A DNA stretch of 63,522 bases. Source: Thermoanaerobaculia bacterium. GTDB taxonomy: Bacteria; Acidobacteriota; Thermoanaerobaculia; Gp7-AA8. Where the stretch lies: the NCBI GenBank assembly GCA_036375135.1, contig DASUSL010000021.1, forward strand, positions 1 through 63,522, read 5' to 3'. Below the pieces are notes generated by a model, which was not told where the DNA came from, searched no databases, and was given only the letters and a program-made list of their open reading frames with translations. Every line of letters begins with the position of its first letter. Position 1 is the stretch's first letter. Shown here piece by piece: positions 21,223 through 30,530 of the stretch. A program made the translations under genes and the position numbers.

Positions 21223-22365
21223 ATGCGTGCAACTCTCTGCGTGTTCCTGTTCGTGGTCGTTGCTTCGGTGGCGGCGCAGCCGGTGCCGGTGCAACTCGAA
21301 TCCAGAGTCATGTCCGAGACGCGCACGATCCTCGTGCGCACGCCGGCGTCGTACGCGGGGAGCACGCGCGCGTACCCGGTGCTGTACATGACGGACGGCG
21401 ACCGGCAGATCGGCCACACCGCGGCGGTGGTCGACTTTCTCTCGCGCGAGGGGCGCATGCCCGAGGTGATCATCGTCGGGATCAGCAACACCGACCGCAC
21501 GCGCGACCTCACGCCGACGAAGCTCGAGACGTTCGGCGGGAACTTCGCCACGCCGACGAGCGGCGGCGGCGAGCGCTTCCTCGACTTCATCTCCACGGAA
21601 GTGATTCCGTACGTCGAGAAGAACTACAGGACGCAGCCGTATCGCGTGTTCGCGGGACACTCGTTCGGCGGTCTCTTCGCCATGCACGCGTTCTTCACGC
21701 GCCCGGGACTCTTCAACGGAGTGATCGCCGTCAGCCCGACGCTGACGTGGGACAACCGCTACGTCTATCGCCGCGCGCAGGAGTGGGTGAAGAAGACGCC
21801 CGAGCGTCCGGTGACGCTGGTGATGTCGGTCGGCAACGAAGGAGCGGAGCTCGACCGCGAGTTCGACGCGCTGAAGTCGCTGCTGCAGAAGAGCAGGTCG
21901 CTCGACTTCGAGGCCATCCGCTACCCGGACGAAGACCACGGCTCGGTCGTGCTCCCCACGCACTACGCCGGCCTGCGCAAGGTCTTCGAGCCGTTCCGCT
22001 TCGTCCTCGGCCCTCCGACCGAGGACCCGAAGAAGCTCTACGCCCGCGCGCGCGACCATTACGCGAAGGCATCCGCGCGCGCCGGCTTCGCGATGCCGAT
22101 TCCGGAGCAGACCACGAACGCCATCGGCTATCGCCTGCTGCAGGCGGGACACGTCACGGAGGCGATCGAGGTGTTCCGCGCGAACGCCGCCGCCTGGCCG
22201 GAGTCCGCGAACGTCTACGACAGCCTCGGCGAGGCGCTCGAGCGCGCGGGCGCGCTCGACGACGCACTGGCCAGCTATCGCCGCGCCGCCGCCATCGGAA
22301 AGACGACGAACGATCCCAACCTCGCCGTGTACGAAAGAAACGCGGAACGCGTCGCGAAAAGGTAG
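21223..22365 (+). CDS. exported alpha/beta-hydrolase (putative esterase family) with C-terminal TPR-like region
   Basis: Signal peptide, YPVLYMTDGD, nucleophile elbow FAGHSFGG, C-terminal TPR-like helices. Confidence 0.7.
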   Translation: MRATLCVFLFVVVASVAAQPVPVQLESRVMSETRTILVRTPASYAGSTRAYPVLYMTDGDRQIGHTAAVVDFLSREGRMPEVIIVGISNTDRTRDLTPTKLETFGGNFATPTSGGGERFLDFISTEVIPYVEKNYRTQPYRVFAGHSFGGLFAMHAFFTRPGLFNGVIAVSPTLTWDNRYVYRRAQEWVKKTPERPVTLVMSVGNEGAELDREFDALKSLLQKSRSLDFEAIRYPDEDHGSVVLPTHYAGLRKVFEPFRFVLGPPTEDPKKLYARARDHYAKASARAGFAMPIPEQTTNAIGYRLLQAGHVTEAIEVFRANAAAWPESANVYDSLGEALERAGALDDALASYRRAAAIGKTTNDPNLAVYERNAERVAKR

Positions 22366-22466
22366 CGGAGCGCCGGCGTCCACGCCGGCTGCCGCGCAGG
22401 CGTCTCGCCTGCGCGTGGCGGCGGGACGCCGCCACGGCAGCCGCCGGGACGGCGGCGCTCCGCTAC
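22363..22466. repeat. compound ~100-bp inverted repeat spanning a convergent intergenic region
   Basis: Outer arms GTAGCGGAGCGCCGGCGTCC / GGACGGCGGCGCTCCGCTAC include both stop codons. Inner hairpins are CGCAGGCG-TCTC-GCCTGCG and GTGGCGGCG-GGAC-GCCGCCAC. Confidence 0.7.
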
Positions 22467-23647
22467 ATGAAGTTGGGCGTGTGCAGGTCGGAGATCGTCT
22501 GCGCCTGTTCCGGCGTGAACCCCGCGCTGCGCAGACGGCGGATGCGTCCCTCGTGCATGGTGACCAGCAACTCGCGGAACGCGTCGTGTCCGCGCGCGAC
22601 GCGGTGCGGCTCGCTCGCGCCGGCGGCGTAGATCGTCAGCGCGTCCTGCACGGGCGCGGGGACGCTGCCCGTTCCCGCGAGCGTCGCCGCGCGGCGGCGC
22701 ACGGCGGCTTCGAGCCGCGGGTAGAGCGAGTCGTCGTGCGCGAGCGCGTGACGCACGTGGGCCATGCCGAAGTGCACGTGCCGCGCTTCGTCGATGCGCG
22801 CGCGGCGCGACAGCTCCGCCGTCGCCTCGTCGGGCGCGAAGCGCTCGACGTACGCGAGCAGGTCGAGGAACGTCCCCTCGCCCAGCACCGACAACAGGAA
22901 CGACGCCTCGGTGAAGTCTTCGATCTCGAGCAGCGAATGCAGCGATCGCGACGTCGTGGCGGAGGAGATCGCGGGAGGGGAGGCGGTGATGTGTGCACGT
23001 CGCAGGAAGACGTCGATGTGCCGCGACTCGTCCTGCATCTGTGTGGCCAGGAACATCGCCACGCCGACGTAGGCCGGATGCAATCGCGACACGAATCGCG
23101 ACGGCACGTACAGCGCGGAGAGCTCGTTCTCCGCGAGGAACGTCATCACCTGCCGCACCGCCAGCTCCAGCGCCGGCTCGTGCCGCGGAATCGTGCTCCA
23201 TGGAATGTCGCGCGCCGCGCTCCATTGCGCGGTCACGGCCTGCTCGTACAGCTCCGTCACTTCCGGAGGCGCCACGCGGTCGCGCTCCAGCAGGTCGAAC
23301 GGATAGCGCGGACCGCCGGTCTCGACGACCGAGCCGTGCGGCGCGAAGCCTGTCGATGCATCCGCATGCGACGGCAGCGCGTCATCGATCGAAGTGCGAT
23401 GCACGCCGAAGCGTCCGCGCCGCACGAGGTGCCGCGTCGTGACGTCGTCCACCGCTTCCGCGCCGAGGTACTCGTGCCGCTCGGCGCGGCACCACGACTG
23501 CAGGTCCTCGGACACCGATCCGCTGCGCGAGAGGATGGCCAGCACGCCGTCCGGCTCGAGCAGCGTCACCGCCGGACGGACGAGCGACAGCAGGCCGCCG
23601 CCGAGGGAGAGGTCGCCGCCGTCGACTGCAATCGCGGCGTGCGTCAT
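22463..23647 (-). CDS. ferritin-like diiron-carboxylate protein with ~100-aa N-terminal domain of unknown function
   Basis: Two E...DExRH motifs (ENELSA...QDESRHIDVF and LGEGTF...IDEARHVHFG). The start at 23647 overlaps the upstream stop as ATGA. Confidence 0.6.
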   Translation of the reverse strand: MTHAAIAVDGGDLSLGGGLLSLVRPAVTLLEPDGVLAILSRSGSVSEDLQSWCRAERHEYLGAEAVDDVTTRHLVRRGRFGVHRTSIDDALPSHADASTGFAPHGSVVETGGPRYPFDLLERDRVAPPEVTELYEQAVTAQWSAARDIPWSTIPRHEPALELAVRQVMTFLAENELSALYVPSRFVSRLHPAYVGVAMFLATQMQDESRHIDVFLRRAHITASPPAISSATTSRSLHSLLEIEDFTEASFLLSVLGEGTFLDLLAYVERFAPDEATAELSRRARIDEARHVHFGMAHVRHALAHDDSLYPRLEAAVRRRAATLAGTGSVPAPVQDALTIYAAGASEPHRVARGHDAFRELLVTMHEGRIRRLRSAGFTPEQAQTISDLHTPNFM

Positions 23648-24435
23648 TTCAAGGCCGCGTACAGGCTCTCGTAGCCGTCTTCGCGCGGCGGCATCCACTC
23701 GCGCAGACCTTCGAGCTCGAGGAGGCGGCGGTGAGTGGGGTTGTCCCAGCGCATGGCGAAGAGCGAGCGCGTGAAGTTGTCGCGCTTCGCCGCGGAGAGC
23801 GTCGGCAGCGCGTCGAACATGCAGTGGTCGAAGCCCGGCGTCGTGTAGAGCACTTCGACTTTCGCCGGATCGACATGACCCGCGGCCTGCTCCAGCACCC
23901 AGATCAGGTCGCCCACCGCGCCCGCGTCCGCGCGTCCCTCGGCGAGCGCGCGGAGCACGTCCAGCTCGCTCGTGCCGGTGTCGCCGTGCTTGCCGAGGTC
24001 CGTGTCGAACGGCATGACCTGCACGCGGTCGAGGTCGACCCCTTCCTGCTTCAGAAAGTAGAGCGGGAGGATGCGCGCCTGCGTGGAGTCGCGGCTGCCG
24101 ACGGCGAGGCGCTTGCCGTGCAGGTCGTCGAGCGACGCGATGCCCGCGTCTTTGCGCACGATGATCTTCGCGTGGAAATCGCGGTCGGAGTCGCGCATGC
24201 CGAGGGAGAGGCTCGCGCCGTTGGTGCGCTGCTTCACGCGCACGTGCGCCAGCGGCGTGTTCCAGGCGATGTCGACGTGGCCGGCGAGGAGCGACTCCAC
24301 CTGCCGCTCGTAGTTCGAGAAGAGCGCGAAGTCGAACGGTGTGCCCGACTCATTGAAGTAGTCGCGGATGCCTTCCCAGATGGTGACTACTTTCGGGTCG
24401 TAGGCGACGGCGCCGAGGAGAATCGTGTCGTTCAT
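23644..24435 (-). CDS. PhnD-like (phosphonate/phosphite ABC-type) substrate-binding-fold protein, no signal peptide
   Basis: MNDTILLGAVAYDPKVVTIWEGIRDYF...LLAGHVDIAWNTPLAHV resembles the PhnD family. The N-terminus goes straight into the fold without a hydrophobic leader. Confidence 0.6.
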   Translation of the reverse strand: MNDTILLGAVAYDPKVVTIWEGIRDYFNESGTPFDFALFSNYERQVESLLAGHVDIAWNTPLAHVRVKQRTNGASLSLGMRDSDRDFHAKIIVRKDAGIASLDDLHGKRLAVGSRDSTQARILPLYFLKQEGVDLDRVQVMPFDTDLGKHGDTGTSELDVLRALAEGRADAGAVGDLIWVLEQAAGHVDPAKVEVLYTTPGFDHCMFDALPTLSAAKRDNFTRSLFAMRWDNPTHRRLLELEGLREWMPPREDGYESLYAALK

Positions 24436-24443
24436 GAAGGACC

Positions 24444-25610
24444 TCAGAAGAGCGGCAGGCCGGTGAGCGCGCGGCCGACGAACTCGCGCAGGTGATCGGC
24501 GGTCGGGGCCATGACCCAGCCGGCGCGCGCGTCGCGGAAGAAGCGCTCCACGCCGACCTGCTTCGAGAACGCCGCGCCGCCGCACGCCTTCATGGCCAGG
24601 TCGGTGACGTCGGTGGCCGCTTCGATGGCGGAGAGGCGCGACTGCAGGACGAAGAGCGGCGCGGTCTCCGAGCCGCTCTCGATGACGCTCAGCGTGTAGC
24701 CGAGGAGCGCGCGCGACTGCGCGACGCGCACGCTCATGTCGGCGAGGCGCGCGCGGAGCGTCGGCAGGTCGCGCAGCGCGCTGCCGGTGTGCGAGAAGCC
24801 GGTGTTCTGCATGTGCTGCGCGGTGCGGTCGACCGCGGCGCGGCAGATGCCGTTCGCCATCGCCGCGGTGCCGATCGAGAACCAGGGGAGCACGACCTGC
24901 AGCATCGTGTTCGCTCCTTCGCCCTGCGCGCTGATGAGCGCGCCGGCGGCGACATGGTGCTTCTCGAGCGCCACCGGCGAGGAGTCATTGCCGCGCAGGC
25001 CGAGGCCGTGGAAGGTGCCGGCGGTGCGCACCCCTTCGGCGCCGCGGAGGACGAGGTAGACGGTCGACTCGAGCGGCGACTCGGCGCCGGGACGCTGCGC
25101 GCTGGAGACGTACGACTGCGCGTGGTCGGCCGAGGTGACCCACGACTTCGACGCGGAGGTGGTGAAGCCGCCGTTGCCGTCGGACTCGAGACGCGAGACG
25201 GGCGCCCAGAACTGCGAGCGCGAGCCGGTCTCGGAGAAGGCGAGCGTGGTGAGGTGGCGGCCCGCGGCGATCTCGCGCAGGATGTCCTCGCGTCCTTCGA
25301 GCGACGTCGAGGAGGCGATGGCCTGCGCCGCGGTGACGTGCATGACGTAGATCATCGCCGTCGACGGACAGGCGGTGGCCAGCTCTTCGACGACGGCGGC
25401 GAAGCTGCGCATCGACTCACCCGCGCCGCCGAGCTCTTTCGGCACGCAGAGGCCGAAGAGGCCCGCCGCGGCGAGGGCCTGCACGCTCTCTCGCGGGAAC
25501 TGCGCGGATTCGTCGATCGTCGCGGCGTTCTCGGCCACGACGCCCGAGGCGAGCTTCACGGCGACATCGAGATGCGGATTCTGCTGATTCTGTAGATACG
25601 GGTGGTGCAT
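24444..25610 (-). CDS. acyl-CoA dehydrogenase-fold flavoprotein
   Basis: ACAD N/M/C architecture, C-terminal GGAAFSKQVGVERFFRDARAGWVMAPT. Whether it acts as a dehydrogenase or an oxygenase is unresolved. Confidence 0.7.
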   Translation of the reverse strand: MHHPYLQNQQNPHLDVAVKLASGVVAENAATIDESAQFPRESVQALAAAGLFGLCVPKELGGAGESMRSFAAVVEELATACPSTAMIYVMHVTAAQAIASSTSLEGREDILREIAAGRHLTTLAFSETGSRSQFWAPVSRLESDGNGGFTTSASKSWVTSADHAQSYVSSAQRPGAESPLESTVYLVLRGAEGVRTAGTFHGLGLRGNDSSPVALEKHHVAAGALISAQGEGANTMLQVVLPWFSIGTAAMANGICRAAVDRTAQHMQNTGFSHTGSALRDLPTLRARLADMSVRVAQSRALLGYTLSVIESGSETAPLFVLQSRLSAIEAATDVTDLAMKACGGAAFSKQVGVERFFRDARAGWVMAPTADHLREFVGRALTGLPLF

Positions 25611-25713
25611 GGCGGGGAAGTATCTGCGATCCGCGATTCGCTTGCATCCTCGGTCATGAGCGGGCACGCGCGATGACCGAGGACCGACGAGGGGCCTCCG
25701 GTCGGTCTCCTGG

Positions 25714-26364
25714 TCAAGCTGCCGAGCGCAGCGCCGCCCGCGCCAGCAGCCGCGTCGAGTCGAGCACGGGCAGCGGCGAGTTCGCGTCGCTGATGATCAG
25801 CGGGATCTCCGTGCAGCCGAGGACCACCGCGTCGCACTTCTCCTCCTCTTTGAATCGCGCGATCACCTGCTGAAAGTACGCCACACCCTCGGGACGGAAG
25901 ATGCCGTTCACCAGCTCGTCCATGATGATGCGGCTGGTCTCCTCGCGCTCGTCGTCGCGCGGACGGACGTACTCCGCGGGATAGACGTCGCTCAGCACGA
26001 GCCAGCGCGTGCCGGTGAGGCCGATGCGCCGGTAGCCGCGCGCGGAGGCTTCCGCCGCCACGACGCGCGCGATGTGCAGCCACGGCAGCGGCGAGCGTTC
26101 CTCGATGAACGGCAGCGCCTGATGGATGGTGTTGTCGGGACAGATCAGGAAGTCCGCGCCGTTCGCGGCGAGCTTGTGCGCCGAGGCGAGCATCAACTCG
26201 CCGACGCCGCGCCAGTCGCCGCGATCGATGAGCCGCACGTACTCGCCGAACGGCGGCGTGTGCATCGAGACCTCGGGGTGATCGCGTCCACCCTCCATGC
26301 AGATCGTGCGGTAGCAGAGAGCCGCCCCTTCGGCCGAGCAGGCGACGATGCCGATGTGTTTCAT
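25714..26364 (-). CDS. Asp/Glu racemase family protein
   Basis: Two Cys motifs of the family (FLICPDNTIH and VVLGCTEIPLI). 216 aa. Confidence 0.7.
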   Translation of the reverse strand: MKHIGIVACSAEGAALCYRTICMEGGRDHPEVSMHTPPFGEYVRLIDRGDWRGVGELMLASAHKLAANGADFLICPDNTIHQALPFIEERSPLPWLHIARVVAAEASARGYRRIGLTGTRWLVLSDVYPAEYVRPRDDEREETSRIIMDELVNGIFRPEGVAYFQQVIARFKEEEKCDAVVLGCTEIPLIISDANSPLPVLDSTRLLARAALRSAA

Positions 26365-26372
26365 CGGCCACG

Positions 26373-27107
26373 ATGATAGGGGACGTGCCTGCTACTCTGC
26401 GGTCAGCCATGAGCACGCTGCTCGCCGCGGACGACCCGCTCGCCATCGCCGCGCAGTCGGCCATCCGGTCGGGAGACGCCGGCGCGCTCCGCGATCTCCT
26501 GTCCGCGAACCCCGCTCTCGCGCGAGCGGTAGTCGTCGACAAGGGCGGCGCGCAGCGAACGCTGTTGCACATCGCATGTGACTGGCCCGGTCACTTGCCG
26601 AACGTCGCCGAGACCATCGCCGTGTTGATTGCGGCGGGCGCCGATCCGAACGTGGGGATGCCCGAGACTCCGCTGCACTGGGCCGCCAGCAGCGACGACG
26701 TCGAGGCGATCGATGCGCTCCTGGACGGCGGCGCCGACCTCGAAGCGCCCGGCGCGGTCTTCACCGGCGGCACGCCGATGTCCGATGCCGTGGTGTTTGC
26801 ACAATGGAACGCGGCGCGCCGCCTCCTCGGGCGAGGCGCGCAGACGACGATCTGGCAAAGCGCGGCGCTCGGTCTGCTCGATCGCGTTCGCGAGCATTCC
26901 TCGGCGTCGCCAGACGAAATCACGAATGCATTGTGGCACGCCTGTCGTGGCGGCCGGCGCGAGACGGCGCAATTCCTGCTCGAGCGCGGCGCGGATCTCC
27001 ACTGGGTCGGCCACGACCGCAAGACGCCGCTGCAGGTGGCGCAGGAAAGCGGCGACGAAGAGCTCGTGCGGTGGCTGACTAACGCGTCCCCGAGCACAAC
27101 GCGCTGA
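26373..27107 (+). CDS. ankyrin-repeat protein
   Basis: Repeated TxLHxAxxxxxxxxxxxLLxxGADxN units (TLLHIACDW...AAGADPNV, TPLHWAASSDDVEAIDALLDGGADLE, TPLQVAQESGDEELVRWL). The start is uncertain; an alternative ATG exists at 26409. Confidence 0.75.
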   Translation: MIGDVPATLRSAMSTLLAADDPLAIAAQSAIRSGDAGALRDLLSANPALARAVVVDKGGAQRTLLHIACDWPGHLPNVAETIAVLIAAGADPNVGMPETPLHWAASSDDVEAIDALLDGGADLEAPGAVFTGGTPMSDAVVFAQWNAARRLLGRGAQTTIWQSAALGLLDRVREHSSASPDEITNALWHACRGGRRETAQFLLERGADLHWVGHDRKTPLQVAQESGDEELVRWLTNASPSTTR

Positions 27108-27747
27108 ACACGATCACCACCAGCGCCACCGCGATGTAGAGCGAGGCCTTGAAGAACTTCCACGCCAGCGTGCGCTCGGGGATGCGATCCGCTTTTTCCG
27201 CCAGCCATTCGCCGAGCAGATACAGCGGAGGCAGCACCAGCACCGCTGCGACGACGCCGCGAGCGGATCGCGGCAGCGGCGGCAACGCGAACGGCAACAG
27301 GCTCACTGTCACCGCGAGGTACGCCAGAACGAAGACCATCACGCGGTTCCGCCGCGGGAGCTCGCGCGCCGTACCGATCGCGACGTAGGTGCATTTGGAG
27401 AAGGAGAGCCGCGGCTCGTCGAGCAATGAAGCATCGGTGACGAGCGCGATGTTGACGGAAAGGTCGCGCACGCGCGCCTCGAGGCTCGTGCCGACCAGAC
27501 GCGCGGCCAGCACGACGTGCGTGATGGTCGAGCTCTGCCACCGGAGCGGCGGTTCCACGCTGGCCAGCCAGTAGTCCGGCCGGTCGTCGCCGGGCAACTG
27601 GCGCAGGAGCGTGGCCGTGAACGGCACATGGGCGGAGAGATCCTCCGGTGCTTGATCGACCGACGTGATCTCGAGGCGCCGCTGCATGACGCAAGGATGC
27701 CACGCGTCACGATGAGGCGCATGCCCGAAGAGCTTCAGTACATCCAA
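27079..27747 (-). CDS. hypothetical membrane protein (soluble N-domain plus ~3 C-terminal TM helices)
   Basis: ORF with coding-like composition, hydrophobic segments VMVFVLAYLAVTVSLLPFAL, VVAAVLVLPPLYLLG, LYIAVALVVIVFSAL. No recognisable family. Confidence 0.45.
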   Translation of the reverse strand: MDVLKLFGHAPHRDAWHPCVMQRRLEITSVDQAPEDLSAHVPFTATLLRQLPGDDRPDYWLASVEPPLRWQSSTITHVVLAARLVGTSLEARVRDLSVNIALVTDASLLDEPRLSFSKCTYVAIGTARELPRRNRVMVFVLAYLAVTVSLLPFALPPLPRSARGVVAAVLVLPPLYLLGEWLAEKADRIPERTLAWKFFKASLYIAVALVVIVFSALCSGTR

Positions 27748-27869
27748 CTCGGGACGTCTTCCGCCGAGGGGAAGGGATTACGGGGAATGGTGCACCGCGT
27801 GTCGCACGTCGAAGTCGACGCCTTCATCGCGCAGGACGCGGCCGGTTCGGCTATCGTGAGTCGCCGCGC

Positions 27870-29756
27870 TCACGCGGCCTCGCGCAGCGGATTGGGGGCG
27901 CTGTTCAGCATCGACTCGACCGCTTCCTCCACGTCGCGGTGATAGCGTTTTCGCAGCAGCGCGAACATGGCCCGGGCGTAGGCGCGATTCTCCGGCGTGG
28001 TGCGCAGTGCGTTGTAGATCGACACGATTGCGTCGTTCGGGCCGCCGCGCATGAGGGTGCGCTCCACGCCGGCCTGGACCGGGGCGTAATTCGCGTTCAG
28101 GCCGTGGGTGAGCCAGCGCACCGGCGGCGCGGGCCGCGCGGACAGGTGCAGCGCGGCGTCCACCTCCGCCATACGCATGCGCAGCGTCTGCACGTTGACG
28201 GACTGGAAGAAGAGATCGAGCTCGATGTCCGTCCACGTCTCCGGCGACAGTTGCGCGATGTTCGTCCCGGCGTTGAATGCTTCCGACCGCTGCTGCATGC
28301 GGGTGTGGATGGCGGACGACGTCGCCGCGGTCACGTTCGACGGCAATCCGGGTTCATACAGCCACTCCTGCAGACGCAGGTCCGCGTTCGGCGGAACGAA
28401 AGGCGCGAGCGTGGCCAGGAACGACACGTCGTCGACCCAGCGCCAGGCGAAGCGGGAGAAGTAGACGTCGAGGAACGCGTCGAGCGCCGGACGGCCGAGG
28501 AGATCTTCGAGCGTGCGCATGAACAGCTCTCCCTTGACGTAGCTCGTCGAGCCGAAACCCTCGTCGGGCGATCCCACCTGGCGATGCATGATCGAGGCAA
28601 TGCGCGTGGTCGGCTGCACGGCATATCGCGCGTACCGCTCGCGGTCGAGGTAGTACTGCAGCTCCGCACGCTCGGGCCCGACCATCTCCTCGATGATGCG
28701 CAGCGTGAGGTACGACGTGATGCCTTCGTTGAGCCACACGTCGTTCCAGTTCGCCAGCGTGACCAGGTCGCCCGCCCACGAATGCGCGAGCTCGTGCGCG
28801 AGGAGGTTGCGCACTTCCGCCTGCGCCGGCTCGTTCGTCGACACGACGCCGAACGGATGGAGGAAGTTCAGCATCGGGTGCTCCATGCCGCCGAGGACGT
28901 ACGTCGGCGGCATGAGCAGGATGTCGTAGCGGTGGAACGGATACGGGGCGATCACGCGCTCCGCGGCGTCGACCATGTCCGGCATGTACGCCAGCTCGCG
29001 CGCGGCGTCGCGCATCAGCTCCGGCTCGGCATAGACGCCGGTGCGCTCGTCGAAGGGGTGGAACTCGAGACGTCCCACCGCCAGCGCGATGAGGTAGGCC
29101 GGCATCGTCTTCGACATCGTGAAGGTGTAGACGCCGCCGGGATTCACCGACGTCGGATTGTTCTCCGCGCTCATCAGGGCGAGGAGTGGCGGCGGCACGC
29201 GCAGCACCGCCTCCCACGTCATGCGCATCGACGGCGTGTCCTGGATGGGAATCCACGTGCGGGCGAACGCCGACTCGTTGATCGAGTAGAGGTACGGCTC
29301 CTTGCGGCCGAGGGTCTGCTCGGCGGTGTTCCAGTACAGGCCCGCCGCGTCCTGCATGGTGACGTAGCGAATCGTGACCGTGCGCGTGGCCGGCTGAATG
29401 GCGATGGTGAGCGGACGTCCCCAGCCGTCGGCGGTGCCGAGGGACCAGACCGCGGGGGTCGCACCGTCGAGTGTGACGGACTGGATGTCCAGCCGGTACG
29501 TATCGAGGATGAGCTGCGTCGCGCCGGTGAGGTTCTCGAGCGTCAGCGTGGCGGTTCCGGAGAGGAGGCGCGCCTCGAAGTCGACGGACAGGTCGAGGGC
29601 GAGGTGGCGCGTGGTGACGTCGCGCACGTTGGCGGACGAGAATGCGTCGCGCGGCGCGACCGACGGCAGCCGCTCCGGGTGATGCACCGCCCGCTGCCGC
29701 GCGGCGAAGAGGAACAGAACCGCGCAGAGGGAAAGGGCGAGCCGGCGTTGGAGCAT
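27870..29756 (-). CDS. M1 family aminopeptidase (LTA4-hydrolase-like), exported
   Basis: GGMEHP exopeptidase motif, zinc motif HELAHSWAGD...WLNEG, signal peptide. Confidence 0.85.
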   Translation of the reverse strand: MLQRRLALSLCAVLFLFAARQRAVHHPERLPSVAPRDAFSSANVRDVTTRHLALDLSVDFEARLLSGTATLTLENLTGATQLILDTYRLDIQSVTLDGATPAVWSLGTADGWGRPLTIAIQPATRTVTIRYVTMQDAAGLYWNTAEQTLGRKEPYLYSINESAFARTWIPIQDTPSMRMTWEAVLRVPPPLLALMSAENNPTSVNPGGVYTFTMSKTMPAYLIALAVGRLEFHPFDERTGVYAEPELMRDAARELAYMPDMVDAAERVIAPYPFHRYDILLMPPTYVLGGMEHPMLNFLHPFGVVSTNEPAQAEVRNLLAHELAHSWAGDLVTLANWNDVWLNEGITSYLTLRIIEEMVGPERAELQYYLDRERYARYAVQPTTRIASIMHRQVGSPDEGFGSTSYVKGELFMRTLEDLLGRPALDAFLDVYFSRFAWRWVDDVSFLATLAPFVPPNADLRLQEWLYEPGLPSNVTAATSSAIHTRMQQRSEAFNAGTNIAQLSPETWTDIELDLFFQSVNVQTLRMRMAEVDAALHLSARPAPPVRWLTHGLNANYAPVQAGVERTLMRGGPNDAIVSIYNALRTTPENRAYARAMFALLRKRYHRDVEEAVESMLNSAPNPLREAA

Positions 29757-29777
29757 GTGCGCATAATAACTGTCCGC

Positions 29778-30530
29778 TCAGCGCGCGACGCCGAAGACCT
29801 CCTCCACCGCTGCACGGTACGCGGCGCCGACGGGGAGGCGGGTCGACTCGTTCAACCAGACGTGCAGACGTCCGGCGCGATCGACCCGCAGTTCGTGCAC
29901 GTGGTCGACGTTCACCACCGACGAGCGGCCGACGCGCAGGAACTGCTCGGGATCGACGCTCGACAGGAACTGATACAACGCCTCGCGCGTGAGACAGGCG
30001 CCGGTCTCCGTGTGCACGCGCACGTAGTTTCCCTGCGACTCGACCCAGATCACCTCTTCCACGCGGATGATCTGAATCCGTCCGCGGTTCCGCACCGCGA
30101 GCCGGCGGCGGTACGGTCCGCCCCGCAACTCGCGGCGCAGGCTGACGAGCTGCTCTTCCTGGCCGCGGCCGCGCAGGTACGTCCGCGCCTTTTCCAGCGT
30201 GCGCTCGAACTGCTCGGTCAGGACCGGCTTGAGCAGGTAGTCGAGAGCGTGCGCGCGGAACGCACGCAGCGCGTAGACGTCGTGGGCCGTGACGAAGATG
30301 ATCACCGGCAGCGGCGAGGCGGGCGCCAGCTCGGCCACCGAGAGTCCGTCGATGCCCGGCATCTGCACGTCGAGGAACAGCAGATCGATCCCGCCGCCCG
30401 ACAGCCGCTCGATGGCACTCTCCCCATCCTCGCATTCGCCCGCGATCCGGACGTCGCCGTGCGGTGCGAGCAGCATGATCAGCCGTTCGCGTGCGAGCGG
30501 CTCGTCGTCGACGATCAGGGCGTTGATCAT
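29778..30530 (-). CDS. LytR/AlgR-family response regulator (REC + LytTR)
   Basis: MINALIVDDEPLARERL receiver domain and C-terminal LytTR DNA-binding domain. 4-nt overlap with the upstream kinase gene. Confidence 0.85.
   Translation of the reverse strand: MINALIVDDEPLARERLIMLLAPHGDVRIAGECEDGESAIERLSGGGIDLLFLDVQMPGIDGLSVAELAPASPLPVIIFVTAHDVYALRAFRAHALDYLLKPVLTEQFERTLEKARTYLRGRGQEEQLVSLRRELRGGPYRRRLAVRNRGRIQIIRVEEVIWVESQGNYVRVHTETGACLTREALYQFLSSVDPEQFLRVGRSSVVNVDHVHELRVDRAGRLHVWLNESTRLPVGAAYRAAVEEVFGVAR

Noticed and set aside
21210-21223. TAGAAT hexamer 7 nt before the esterase ATG, suggesting a leaderless mRNA
   Set aside because: There is no acceptable -35 element at the right spacing, and a single hexamer match in isolation is insufficient.
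23350-23647. The N-terminal ~100 aa of the diiron protein as a TusA/SirA-like sulfur-carrier domain
   Set aside because: Size and some spacing are reminiscent, but the diagnostic CPxP cysteine motif is absent. The idea is left as unassigned.
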